DNA of 64,000 nt from an uncultured Gammaproteobacteria bacterium (GTDB lineage Bacteria; Patescibacteriota; Patescibacteriia; Magasanikbacterales; UBA922): contig CAZQXB010000002.1 of NCBI GenBank assembly GCA_964597575.1, forward strand, positions 5,624-69,623, in the 5' to 3' direction. Under the pieces are notes generated by a model. That model was not told where the DNA came from and made no database searches. It worked only from the letters and a program-made list of their open reading frames with translations. Shown in pieces: positions 51,711 through 61,507 of this stretch. A program made the translations under genes and the position numbers. The stretch's first letter is position 1, and each line of letters starts with the position of its first letter.

Positions 51711-53234
51711 TTACTGGGCTTCTCTCAGAAGCATAATCGGACCACCGTTTGGCGGGGTGGGATTTTCCCGAGCATCAAGGATTTCTTTTGGCAAAGGTAC
51801 TCGCACGAACTGTTGCACATACCCTTCTGCCTCATTTGAGTTCAGCAGCGGGAACGAAAGTGCTGGAACATACAATTCCTGTGATGTTTGATTGGTATCG
51901 CTATAGATATATTGTTGTTCGTACACAATCGTCGGAGTGCCTAAACGCAACGTCTTTTTAGTGATATCCATGCCATCGTAGAAAATAGGGCCACTGCCAA
52001 TATACCCACCATTTTCTGCAAATTTTTTCAAACGAATGGCGTCAGTCTCAAGGATGTACTTTGAACTTTCATAGGTGCCACCACTAATATTCCACGCACC
52101 TTGCACTTTATTCTTCCGAATATCAACATTCACACGAATCCCGTATGGCGATGTGCCATAACTCTCCATGATTTGTTTCTCGCCCAGAACGAGTGGGTAA
52201 ATAACACTGACGGTATCTGGAATGTAACGCACTCCTTCGCCCACCGGAAAATCTTTCCAGCTCGTATCAACAATGGGGGCGCCATATAATTCACGATTAA
52301 TATCGTATTCTTCCATAAACGCATTTGCCAAACGAATCAACTCAGCATCGGCCGGAACATCACTTTCGGTAAGCGGATTCTGGTTACACGGAGTGGGCCC
52401 ACACACATCGGCTCCGTACCACTTCGTGTAATTTGGACCAATCGATACACGGGCATCATCAAAATCAACCGAAGCCGTATATCCATCCTTTTTATCTTGA
52501 ACAAAGTTAATGTTCTGAATTCTCGCATCAGCAAGAGGGCGTAAATTAATGTTTGGAAAAAGTTTTGATACGGTTCCAAACATGCTATTTCCTGAGGCAT
52601 TCAGGGCTTTATTTCTTCGAAAAACCGGCAAGTCTGCTGAAGGCACTGCAATGTCGTCTCCTTCATATACATACGTGTACATGATGGCGGGAGCGATCAT
52701 TTTATCGGCTGCCATACTTGGAGACCCACCACCAGCACCCACAAGCCCAGTCATAGCAGGTCTTGGCGAAACAGTTGGATCTACGGCCACATCACTAGTG
52801 TCGCGAGCCGAGGCACTCTCAAGAGCACCGGAGTTTCCAGATGCACCAACGAGAGAACCAAATGCTCCGGGTGAAACAGACACAAAAGCTACTCGGGTAT
52901 TTTTCTCAACACTACTTGACCCAGGGGCCTTTGCATAATACGCACCAATACCAACGACAACAACGAGCGTAGCTAAAACCGGTACCAAAACCATTGACGT
53001 TTTTTGTGTGTTCATAAAAGAAGAAAAAAATGAGTAGGAGCGCGGCTTTTCTTCCGCAAGAAGAAGTTTCGTTCGAAGCCGAGAGACAAACGCTGCATCA
53101 GGTTCGAGATCTGGCTCAAGCTGAAGCAGCACCTCAACAGCTGCCCGAACCTGTTCTCGTGATGAACGAAGTGAAGGTTCGATATGTAATATTTCTTCCA
53201 CGAGCTGATCAACCTTTGTTGTTTGGGTAATCAT
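51711..53234 (-). CDS. Probable anti-sigma factor (cytoplasmic N-domain, TM, large extracellular domain)
   Basis: 4-bp overlap with the ECF sigma gene, PDAAFVSRLRTKL motif and one TM helix. Confidence 0.7.
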   Translation of the reverse strand: MITQTTKVDQLVEEILHIEPSLRSSREQVRAAVEVLLQLEPDLEPDAAFVSRLRTKLLLAEEKPRSYSFFSSFMNTQKTSMVLVPVLATLVVVVGIGAYYAKAPGSSSVEKNTRVAFVSVSPGAFGSLVGASGNSGALESASARDTSDVAVDPTVSPRPAMTGLVGAGGGSPSMAADKMIAPAIMYTYVYEGDDIAVPSADLPVFRRNKALNASGNSMFGTVSKLFPNINLRPLADARIQNINFVQDKKDGYTASVDFDDARVSIGPNYTKWYGADVCGPTPCNQNPLTESDVPADAELIRLANAFMEEYDINRELYGAPIVDTSWKDFPVGEGVRYIPDTVSVIYPLVLGEKQIMESYGTSPYGIRVNVDIRKNKVQGAWNISGGTYESSKYILETDAIRLKKFAENGGYIGSGPIFYDGMDITKKTLRLGTPTIVYEQQYIYSDTNQTSQELYVPALSFPLLNSNEAEGYVQQFVRVPLPKEILDARENPTPPNGGPIMLLREAQ

Positions 53235-53803
53235 ACGGTTCGAGATAAAAGAAGTAAGATAATGGCCACGGCCCCGAGCGGAATGCGCGTACGAATTTTT
53301 TGAATTGCCCGGCCATAGGCAACCTTGCAGGCATCCGGGGAAGTGCCCAAGATGTCACTTATTTCCTGAAACGATAACCCTTGCCACAAACGAAGCACAA
53401 TGAGATCTCGGTCTCTTGTTGAGAGCTCCTGCATTACCATTTTTACTTTCGCGAAACGAAGAGCGGTGTCTGTGTCGCGAACGGTGTCTGTACTGTCAGG
53501 AAGATCCCAGGCATCCTCAATATCTTCATGCTTGTGAGTCGTACGGTAGTGATCAATCACAGTCCGACGAGCAATCGTAAAGAGCCAGGTGGCAAACGAT
53601 GCTTTTTTTACCTGAAATGAACCAATATGTTCAAGTGCTTTTAAAAACGTTTGACTTGTGAGGTCCTCAGCGGTGGGCGGGTGCTGGACTTTGGTGAAAA
53701 TAAATCCATATACTTGTCGCACATACCCATCATAAAGACGAGCAAACGCTTCACGATCACCAGTTTTTGCTGCCTGAATATCCGTATCCATGTGAATTGT
53801 CAT
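53231..53803 (-). CDS. ECF-family RNA polymerase sigma factor
   Basis: GDREAFARLY, AEDLTSQTFLKA, WLFTIARRTVIDHYR and region 4 LSFQEISDILG. Confidence 0.95.
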   Translation of the reverse strand: MTIHMDTDIQAAKTGDREAFARLYDGYVRQVYGFIFTKVQHPPTAEDLTSQTFLKALEHIGSFQVKKASFATWLFTIARRTVIDHYRTTHKHEDIEDAWDLPDSTDTVRDTDTALRFAKVKMVMQELSTRDRDLIVLRLWQGLSFQEISDILGTSPDACKVAYGRAIQKIRTRIPLGAVAIILLLLSRTV

Positions 53804-53977
53804 AGGAGTTGATCAACGTTCCTGTACTAAGATATACGAACCGGACTGGAAAAAGGAACATAGATATACAGATAGCATAACAGAGCGGTTCTTTATATTC
53901 CACAAAGAAAGGACAGGAAGTTGTTTCACATTCTTTATAAGCGTGTTACGATACCTTTATAAAATAATAATCTCTCT

Positions 53978-54643
53978 ATGAAATCCACGACCTACGTTTC
54001 GGGAGCGATCATTATTCTTGCCGTCTTTATCATAACAGGAGCATACCTCTATCGAACACCTGAAAAAACCAATCCTCCGGCAACAATGATCCAACTTGAA
54101 GTTCCCTCAATTACTCAGGCACCCGGCGATAACTGGAATGACCCTTGGGGAAATGCCTGTGAAGAAGCAAGTGCAAGCATGGTACAGGCATTTTATGCCG
54201 AAAAAGCACTCTCACAAGACGAAGCGAATAAAACCATGCAAGCCCTGTTTGTTTGGGAAAATGAGTATTTGAAAAAGAATGCCGACACCAACGCGGTAGA
54301 AACAAAACAGATGATTGAAGCGAATACAAAAATTCGCATAACCATTAAACGAAAACCAACTCTTGAAGAAATCAAGAAAGAATTACAAGCCAAACGACCC
54401 GTAATCGCTCTTGTCAATCAATTTGCTTTATACAATGAGCCTCCGACTGGAATTAAGGGGGCCTCCTTTCATGTTTTTGTGATCACGGGATACAACGACA
54501 CAACAAATGAATTTACTGTGAACGACCCTGCAAGACCAACCATAAAAAAGTATCAGTATGCTCGCATCATGAAAGCGCTTCATGACTTAGGGGAAAGTGG
54601 CGAAGCTGAAGGAGAACCTACCGTTCTTTTTACTAAACTCTAG
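53978..54643 (+). CDS. C39-like cysteine peptidase
   Basis: QAP...NACEEAS (Cys), FHVFVITGY (His) and VNDP (Asp), with a TM anchor. Confidence 0.85.
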   Translation: MKSTTYVSGAIIILAVFIITGAYLYRTPEKTNPPATMIQLEVPSITQAPGDNWNDPWGNACEEASASMVQAFYAEKALSQDEANKTMQALFVWENEYLKKNADTNAVETKQMIEANTKIRITIKRKPTLEEIKKELQAKRPVIALVNQFALYNEPPTGIKGASFHVFVITGYNDTTNEFTVNDPARPTIKKYQYARIMKALHDLGESGEAEGEPTVLFTKL

Positions 54644-54716
54644 GTTTCGACACTAAAAAAACCATGACTACATACAGTGTTCATGGTTTTTATTCCCTCC
54701 AAAGAAAGTAGGTCGC

Positions 54717-55082
54717 CTATTTTCTTCTCACCGGAAGGTTTGCTAAAAACAACGAAAGAAGTCCGGATAAAATTCCCACATCACGAACAATAATTGGACC
54801 AGAAGAAAGAAGGAATACCGTATGAAGAAGGTTCAAAAAAAGAAGCCCAGAGACAATTCCAAGTCTTACCCCCATAACAAGAAGAACCCCTCCGATAAGC
54901 TCAAAAATGCCGTGAATTCGCACAAGAGTTTCAGGAGAAGCAATACTAATTATCCAATCAGGGACCAACCCAGCCCAGTTTTCCGGCTCGGTTATACCAC
55001 TCCAACCAAAATACGCAAAAACAAAACCAAGACCCACACGAAGAACTACTGGAGCGAGGGCATGTACATGCTCTCTATTCAT
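54717..55082 (-). CDS. DoxX family membrane protein
   Basis: LRVGLGFVFAYFG, GIFELIGGVLL and IVRDVG. Confidence 0.85.
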   Translation of the reverse strand: MNREHVHALAPVVLRVGLGFVFAYFGWSGITEPENWAGLVPDWIISIASPETLVRIHGIFELIGGVLLVMGVRLGIVSGLLFLNLLHTVFLLSSGPIIVRDVGILSGLLSLFLANLPVRRK

Positions 55083-55092
55083 AAAAAATAAG

Positions 55093-55590
55093 TTAAGAGG
55101 CTAACTCAGCAATATAAAAAGAACTGAGTACAGCCTGGGCTTTAGCACTTGATCCGTGTTGCTTTAAAAATTGAGCGGTACCGTCTTTACCGCACAAGCC
55201 GATAATTTTATCTGAACCGCCTCGATGTTTATTGATAAAATCTGTAACATCGTACACCTTATCACCCATAATCGTATAACAACTACTGACATTATTATGC
55301 GTTGCCACTTCTGCTTCCGTTACGGTTTTGATTGTTACTGAAATAGGCGCAGGTGGCGTCGGAGGCACGACGACAGGTGAAGGTTTTACCGAAGGCGTTA
55401 CAGGAGTGGGAGTTGGCATAAACACTGGCTCTGGGACAGACGGTGAAGGTTCCTGAGAGGCAGCGGGCGTTGCTGAAGGTATTGGAGCAGGTGTTTCCAA
55501 AACTGACATTTCACTCTTGTTACTGAATGAAACATACGCCAATGCACCAATAATTCCCAATCCTAGAACTAAAGCAATCCATTTTGGCAT
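55093..55590 (-). CDS. Cytochrome b5-like heme/steroid-binding protein with TM anchor and Pro-rich linker
   Basis: EVATHN..SSCY....KVYDVTDFINKHRGG...CGKDGTAQF...HG. Confidence 0.88.
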   Translation of the reverse strand: MPKWIALVLGLGIIGALAYVSFSNKSEMSVLETPAPIPSATPAASQEPSPSVPEPVFMPTPTPVTPSVKPSPVVVPPTPPAPISVTIKTVTEAEVATHNNVSSCYTIMGDKVYDVTDFINKHRGGSDKIIGLCGKDGTAQFLKQHGSSAKAQAVLSSFYIAELAS

Positions 55591-55700
55591 ATACAAAAAT
55601 AAAATTGAAAATAATAAAGGTATCATACTCTCTTAAAAAAGAGACTGTCAAAACAAAAAAGACCTTATGTCTTGGCACAAGGTCTTTTCTCTTTTTTCTA

Positions 55701-56510
55701 TCACTGAATCGACTTTGTTCGAAACAAATATGCCGCGAGCGGAATACATACCACAATCAATCCAATACACCACAACACCGCTGCCCACGCATGGTTACCG
55801 ACTGGAGTACCGGTCATATAGGCACGAATAGCTTCGATCACGTGCGTTAATGGCTGATTCTCTGCAAAAATTCGTAAATACTTTGGCATTCCCGCGGTTG
55901 GCACAAATGTCGCACTTGCAAATGTTAGAGGAAAGACAAGAACAAACCCAATCCACTGCACTGCCTCAACACTCTTTGCAAGAAGGCCAATCACCGCAGA
56001 GAGCCACGAAAATGCGAAGGTAAACAGAAGTAAAATTCCCCAAATCGCAAACCACTCCGTAACAGATGCGACTGGCCGAAAACCGATAAGAAATGCGACC
56101 CCAATCATAATAACCGATGACATCGTATTTCTTACGAGATCGGCTACGACATGCCCAACCATCACTGCAGAACTAAGCATTGGCAAAGATTTAAACCGAT
56201 CAATGATCCCCCGCTTTAAATCGGTCGCAACGCTAAGTGAAGTGGTCTGCGCACCAAAGGCAGCATTTTGAATTAAAATACCGGCCACAAGAAAATTCAC
56301 ATAACTTACTCCACCCGTATTAATCGCTCCTCCGAAAACATACCGAAATAAAAGCATGAACATGATCGGCTGAATCGCCACCGAGAGCAGTTGATCAAGA
56401 TTCTTAAAAATATGCTTTAAACTTCGGGTAATAAGCACTCCGATATCACTGAGCGCCCACATAAAGTGATTGCCTTCTCTTTTTTTCTCTTCCTGAAATG
56501 AGGTTTGCAT
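55701..56510 (-). CDS. ABC-2 (DrrB-like) exporter permease
   Basis: QPIMFMLLFRYVFGGAI, GIIDRFKSLP and FAENQP. Confidence 0.92.
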   Translation of the reverse strand: MQTSFQEEKKREGNHFMWALSDIGVLITRSLKHIFKNLDQLLSVAIQPIMFMLLFRYVFGGAINTGGVSYVNFLVAGILIQNAAFGAQTTSLSVATDLKRGIIDRFKSLPMLSSAVMVGHVVADLVRNTMSSVIMIGVAFLIGFRPVASVTEWFAIWGILLLFTFAFSWLSAVIGLLAKSVEAVQWIGFVLVFPLTFASATFVPTAGMPKYLRIFAENQPLTHVIEAIRAYMTGTPVGNHAWAAVLWCIGLIVVCIPLAAYLFRTKSIQ

Positions 56511-56515
56511 AGAAT

Positions 56516-57487
56516 TTATTGAGAAGAAGAAGTACTTTCAACTTCACGACCAGTCACTTTCAAAAAGACATCATCGAGCGTAGGTTTGTGCACGGACAAA
56601 TTATCAATCTCCACTCCTGCGGCATAGATCGCATCAAGAATATCTTTCAGTTCACGTACACTTCCATCCGTTCCAATACTAATCGTACGCTCTTCCTTAT
56701 TCGAGCGCACATCACTCGCCTTAATGACAGAAAGAGCTTTTTCAAAATCACTGCCTGCTTCGACGGCAAATTCGATACGTTCATTTCCAACGCTTGCCTT
56801 TAATTCGTTTGGGGTGCCGTAGGCAATTACTTTTCCATGATCAATAACTGCGATCTGATCAGCCAGCTTATCTGCTTCTTCTAAATACTGAGTGGTCAAA
56901 AGAATGGTTGCACCATTCTCCTTTAATTTTTGAATGATATTCCACATAGTAATACGACTGCGTGGATCAAGGCCCGTCGTTGGTTCATCAAGGAAGATAA
57001 TCGGAGGTGTCGCCACCAAACTTGCCGCTAAATCCAATCGACGTCGCATACCACCCGAGTACGTTTTTGCCGCGCGCTCTGCTGCCTCAAGCAAATCAAA
57101 CTCTTTTAAAAGCTCTTCGGCCCGAGCCTTGCTTTTTTCTTTTCCCAAATGGTAGAGCTGCCCCATCATAACCAAATTTTCACGACCAGTGAGATACTCG
57201 TCTACGGCTGCATACTGCCCAGTTAAACCAATAACCCCGCGCACTTTGTGAGCGTCTTTCACGATATCGAAACCATTCACCCGAACCTCCCCTTCATCCG
57301 GCTTCAAAAGGGTACTCAAAATACGCACTGTGGTTGTTTTTCCAGCTCCATTTGGCCCAAGCAGGGCAAGCATGGAACCGCGCTTTACCGTTAAATCGAC
57401 GCCCTTTAGGACATCGAGTTTTTTAAAAGACTTTGTTAAACCTTTGACCTCAATTGCATTGGGTTCGAGTGGCATAGAGAAGTTCAT
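56516..57487 (-). CDS. ABC exporter ATPase (DrrA-like)
   Basis: [32 protein letters not shown] and TTQYLEEAD. Confidence 0.95.
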   Translation of the reverse strand: MNFSMPLEPNAIEVKGLTKSFKKLDVLKGVDLTVKRGSMLALLGPNGAGKTTTVRILSTLLKPDEGEVRVNGFDIVKDAHKVRGVIGLTGQYAAVDEYLTGRENLVMMGQLYHLGKEKSKARAEELLKEFDLLEAAERAAKTYSGGMRRRLDLAASLVATPPIIFLDEPTTGLDPRSRITMWNIIQKLKENGATILLTTQYLEEADKLADQIAVIDHGKVIAYGTPNELKASVGNERIEFAVEAGSDFEKALSVIKASDVRSNKEERTISIGTDGSVRELKDILDAIYAAGVEIDNLSVHKPTLDDVFLKVTGREVESTSSSQ

Positions 57488-57558
57488 GAATGTCTGAGGA
57501 GGTTATCACAATATACCCTCTTTGACTAGAGTAGCAACCCCTCCTCGCTTTCTTTATT

Positions 57559-57996
57559 TTAGTATACCGTAATTTTCCCAAGTTCGATAAGAAGATCAGA
57601 AAATTCTCCTAATTTCTTCGCCTTTTCCGTTGGCAATAGATCTTCAGTTAGAATTTCCACACTGTCGAGAGCTTCAGTAAAACGACGTTTTCCACCCGGA
57701 GCAAGAGCCACGAAACTCACCCTGGCATCATCTTTACTCACTTCTCGCTTTACCAAACCTATCTTTTCCATAGGGAGAAGCATGCGGGTGATTCCCGAAG
57801 GGGTGAGACCGACTTTTTCAGCAAGGTCAGTACGACGAAGTTTCCCTTCTCCGGCTTGGCTCAGGTGAAAAAGAATCATAAAGTCACTAAATCCGAGCCC
57901 GTGGAAACTCAGGCGATTATCAAAGCGGCGCACAAGGACGGTTTTGACCTTAGCAAGATTTAAAAAAAATGCGAGTGAAGGTGTGATGTTTGACAT
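57559..57996 (-). CDS. MarR family regulator
   Basis: DLAEKVGLTPSGITRML..MEKIGLVKR...DDAR. Palindrome TTGATTAATCAA (58012-58023) overlaps its promoter. Confidence 0.9.
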   Translation of the reverse strand: MSNITPSLAFFLNLAKVKTVLVRRFDNRLSFHGLGFSDFMILFHLSQAGEGKLRRTDLAEKVGLTPSGITRMLLPMEKIGLVKREVSKDDARVSFVALAPGGKRRFTEALDSVEILTEDLLPTEKAKKLGEFSDLLIELGKITVY

Positions 57997-58170
57997 ATGA
58001 TTGAATAATAGTTGATTAATCAATCATATAGCAAATATGTGTTCTTGTCAAGAAGCGGGGTATTCAGAACCAAAGTTACCCCCTCTCCACAAGAGGTACT
58101 TTTACTTGTTTTCCCACACAAAAATGGACTATAGTACCCGTATTATTATTCATTCGCGCTTTTCTTTATC

Positions 58171-58671
58171 ATGCAAATTCCCTACCGCAAACCCACCAAG
58201 TTCAGTAACATTCCAATTGATCCGCTTATTACGAAGGAAAAACTTGCGGAGCTTCAGACTGAGCTCGACACTCTGAAATGGCACAAAAAACCCAAAGCCG
58301 CGGCTGAAGTCTCCCGCTTAGCAGAATTTGGCGACTTCTCGGAGAATGCCGAATATCAATTAGCCAAAGGACGACTCCGCGGAATCAATAGCGCCATTAT
58401 TCGCCTTGAAGCCCAAATCAACCAGGCAGTGATTATTGAACCACACAAAAACGGCGGGATCATTCAGATAGGCCATACGGTTACCGTTGAACAAAACGGG
58501 AAACAAAAAACCTATCAAATTCTTGGTTCCTCAGAAACCAACCCGGAACTGGGTATTATTTCGCACACGTCCCCTCTCGGATCAGCGCTCCTCGGACATA
58601 CGGTTGGCGAACAGATAATCATGCTTCTCGGAAACAAAGAAAGTCGCATCACGATTCTTCGTATTGAATAG
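58171..58671 (+). CDS. greA: GreA/GreB transcription elongation factor
   Basis: GDFSENAEY, IGHTVTV and ISHTSPLGSALLG. Confidence 0.9.
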   Translation: MQIPYRKPTKFSNIPIDPLITKEKLAELQTELDTLKWHKKPKAAAEVSRLAEFGDFSENAEYQLAKGRLRGINSAIIRLEAQINQAVIIEPHKNGGIIQIGHTVTVEQNGKQKTYQILGSSETNPELGIISHTSPLGSALLGHTVGEQIIMLLGNKESRITILRIE

Positions 58672-58753
58672 GAAAGTTGAGACAGTAGCACTCTGTCGCC
58701 TCATTATTGACATAAGCCAAAAAATGAGATTTACTAGGCGACGGAAAAGGACG

Positions 58754-59092
58754 GTGAATATATGGGCGCATGGGAAGACTCTGTCGATGCCAACCGCCTC
58801 CTTCGGCTACCGAGCGAAACGGTTGGTTGGGCTAAGGCAGCAGATGGAAGAAGTCGATGAGTACTTCTGCGAAAGGCGGCATTTTATCGCCGACAGTCCA
58901 CGCGACTGGAAGATCCTTCGTGATCGTAAAAAGTGTTGCCAAGAAAAGAGAGTCGCGGCACCACGACAGAACCCGGAAAAAACGAGCGGGTTGCCACCTA
59001 ACTTTCAAGTCTTCACTCCGGAAGCACTCGCACGGTCAGCCAGACCCATCGCATTCATCCCTCTCAGACCTCGAAGAATCGGTGAGAAGTAG
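58754..59092 (+). CDS. Possible small basic orphan protein (cassette 5), start uncertain
   Basis: Promoter TTGACA-17-TTTACT (58707-58735). In-frame GTG 58754 or ATG 58787, but a competing SD-led 32-codon ORF starts at 58762. Long terminator follows. Confidence 0.4.
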   Translation: MNIWAHGKTLSMPTASFGYRAKRLVGLRQQMEEVDEYFCERRHFIADSPRDWKILRDRKKCCQEKRVAAPRQNPEKTSGLPPNFQVFTPEALARSARPIAFIPLRPRRIGEK

Positions 59093-59112
59093 TCGCTTCA
59101 CACCAATGATCG

Positions 59113-59174
59113 AAAAAACCACCTTAGCTCACCGAGTAGAAAATTATTTTTCTTTTTGGTGAGGGTGGTTTTTT
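59113..59174 (+). terminator. Long hairpin terminator
   Basis: AAAAAACCACC..TCACCGA...TTGGTGA.GGTGGTTTTTT. Confidence 0.7.
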
Positions 59175-59335
59175 ATTTTCTAAAATATTTTTTAATTATT
59201 CGATCATTTTTTCTAAAAATAATTTTAAAATCCTACTTACCCACAACGCTGTAACAAAAAAATCGTTGACATGCAGTGAGTGAGAGACTAGTCTACCTGT
59301 AAGGGTTACAGCGATTTGTGTTCTGTATCAATTAT

Positions 59336-61492
59336 ATGCAAACACGGTCCGCCCCACGGGCAGCGCACACAACCGAACTCCGAAAATTTCGCACTATTCG
59401 CTGCGGTGTAAAAAGATCTCTTTCTGCACTGCGGATACTAGCCCTTGTTCTTTTTGCTCTTTTTCTTCCTGCCGCAAGTTTTTTCCTCTATCTCTTTATC
59501 ACTCTCCCAGATCCGACGCTCTACATCATGACCGCGGCTCCGAAGTCCACTCACATCCTTGACCGTCATGGAACACTGCTTTATGAAGTACATGGCGATG
59601 TAAAACGCACTCCGGTTCCTTTAGAAGACATTCCATCATACGTCAAAAATGCTACCATTGCCATTGAAGATAAAGAATTCTACTCGCATCCTGGTTTTAA
59701 AATAACCTCTATCATACGAGCCATGCTCGTTAATTTTCGTCATGGAGAAATTCGCCAAGGAGCAAGCACGATTACGCAACAAATGGCCCGCATGGCGCTC
59801 CTTGATCAAAGCCCCACGTACACCAGAAAAATAAAGGAACTTGTTTTGGCCGTAAAAATTGAACTTCGTTACACTAAGGATGAAATTTTGGAAATGTACT
59901 TGAACAATGCTCCCTACGGGGGAAATGCGTATGGTATTGAGGCTGCCAGTGATTCGTACTTTAAAAAACACGTTCACGATCTCACTCTCCTCGAATCAGC
60001 CTACTTAGCTGCACTTCCCAAAGCCCCAAGTGACTATTCACCCTACGGGCCAAATGCAGAAACCTTGAAAAAAAGAGCTCACGAAGTTCTCCGAACCATG
60101 GAGGCAGAAAAGTACATCTATTCCATTGAAAAAGAAGCTGCCCTTCGGGATGAGCCTCTGGTATTTCTTCAGCCAAAAGCGGAAATTCATGCGCCTCATT
60201 TTGTTTTTTATGTTATTGACACCCTTATCAAACGTTACGGCGAACATACGGTTCGAAACGGCGGGCTGTTTGTTCGAACCACCCTCGATCTCCCTCTTCA
60301 AGAAAAGGCAGAATCAATTATTGCTGAGCGCGGCCTTGAAAATGAAAAAAAATACGGCGCAGGAAATGCGTCTCTTGTAGCCCTCGACTCAAAAAATGGT
60401 GAGATTCTTGCAATGGTTGGCAGTCGAGATTACTTTCGAGAAGAAGATGGGGCCGTGAATGTGGCTCTTCAGCCGAGGCAGCCTGGTTCTTCTTTTAAAC
60501 CCTATGTGTATGCGACGGCCTTTATGCATGGGCAGAGTCCCGCGAGCATGATTCTTGATGTCGAAACAAACTTCGCAAGTGATAATCACGGTATTCCCTA
60601 TATCCCTCATAACTATACTGGCCGAAACTATGGCCCGGTCTCCATTCGCCAAGCCTTAGCCGGATCTTTAAATGTTCCCGCGGTCAAAGTCCTTCTTTTA
60701 TCCGGAATCAACAATGCCATCGACACCGCAGAACAACTCGGCATTACAACACTGAAAGAAAGAAAACGATTTGGACCTGCACTTGTTCTTGGGGGTGCCG
60801 AGGTAACACTTCTTGAACACACGGCCGGTATTGGTACATTTGGAACGGGTGGGAAGCGACAGCCGACCACCCCTATTCTCTCCATCACAAAGGATTCTGG
60901 TGAGATAGTCTATGAAAAACAGGAAAGCCCGGGTCTCCAAGCAATTGATCCGCAAGTAGCTTACCTTATTACTGATATTCTTTCCGACACCAATGCCCGA
61001 CAATTTATTTTCGGTCTTGGAAAAAACCTTCGTCTCCCTGATCGACCCGTGGCAGTAAAAACAGGGACGACTCAGCAATTTCGTGATGCTTGGACTGTCG
61101 GATACACCCCGAGCCTCGCTGTTGGAGTGTGGGTCGGAAACAATGACAATAGCCCTATGAAAGAAGGAGCCGACGGGTCAGTCGTTGCAGCGCCGATCTG
61201 GAACTCATTTATGGTTGCCGCCCTTGAAAACACTCCGCCAGAACCATTCGTACGTCCGGCTGGAATTGTTGAACTCACCGTTGACGCGGTTTCGGGAAAA
61301 CTACCGACCAAGTACACTCCTTTCACCAAAAAAGAAATCTTTGCTTCGTTTAATGCACCAAAAGACAGTGACGATGTTCACGTACCCTCAAATCTGGCCG
61401 ATTCTCGCGTGGTCATTATGCGACTCCGCTCCGAAAAACCAGACGACCCCCTCTGGGAGGGGGCCGTACGGCGCTGGATAGAATCCTTCTAA
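59336..61492 (+). CDS. Class A penicillin-binding protein (transglycosylase plus transpeptidase)
   Basis: EDKEFYSHPG, GASTITQQ, RKIKE, SSFK, SLN and KTGT motifs. Confidence 0.95.
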   Translation: MQTRSAPRAAHTTELRKFRTIRCGVKRSLSALRILALVLFALFLPAASFFLYLFITLPDPTLYIMTAAPKSTHILDRHGTLLYEVHGDVKRTPVPLEDIPSYVKNATIAIEDKEFYSHPGFKITSIIRAMLVNFRHGEIRQGASTITQQMARMALLDQSPTYTRKIKELVLAVKIELRYTKDEILEMYLNNAPYGGNAYGIEAASDSYFKKHVHDLTLLESAYLAALPKAPSDYSPYGPNAETLKKRAHEVLRTMEAEKYIYSIEKEAALRDEPLVFLQPKAEIHAPHFVFYVIDTLIKRYGEHTVRNGGLFVRTTLDLPLQEKAESIIAERGLENEKKYGAGNASLVALDSKNGEILAMVGSRDYFREEDGAVNVALQPRQPGSSFKPYVYATAFMHGQSPASMILDVETNFASDNHGIPYIPHNYTGRNYGPVSIRQALAGSLNVPAVKVLLLSGINNAIDTAEQLGITTLKERKRFGPALVLGGAEVTLLEHTAGIGTFGTGGKRQPTTPILSITKDSGEIVYEKQESPGLQAIDPQVAYLITDILSDTNARQFIFGLGKNLRLPDRPVAVKTGTTQQFRDAWTVGYTPSLAVGVWVGNNDNSPMKEGADGSVVAAPIWNSFMVAALENTPPEPFVRPAGIVELTVDAVSGKLPTKYTPFTKKEIFASFNAPKDSDDVHVPSNLADSRVVIMRLRSEKPDDPLWEGAVRRWIESF

Positions 61493-61507
61493 ACTATTTT
61501 GAGAAAA

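Noticed and set aside
59165-59232. AT-rich tract as a replication origin
   Set aside because: Only one degenerate DnaA box nearby and no dnaA/dnaN context.
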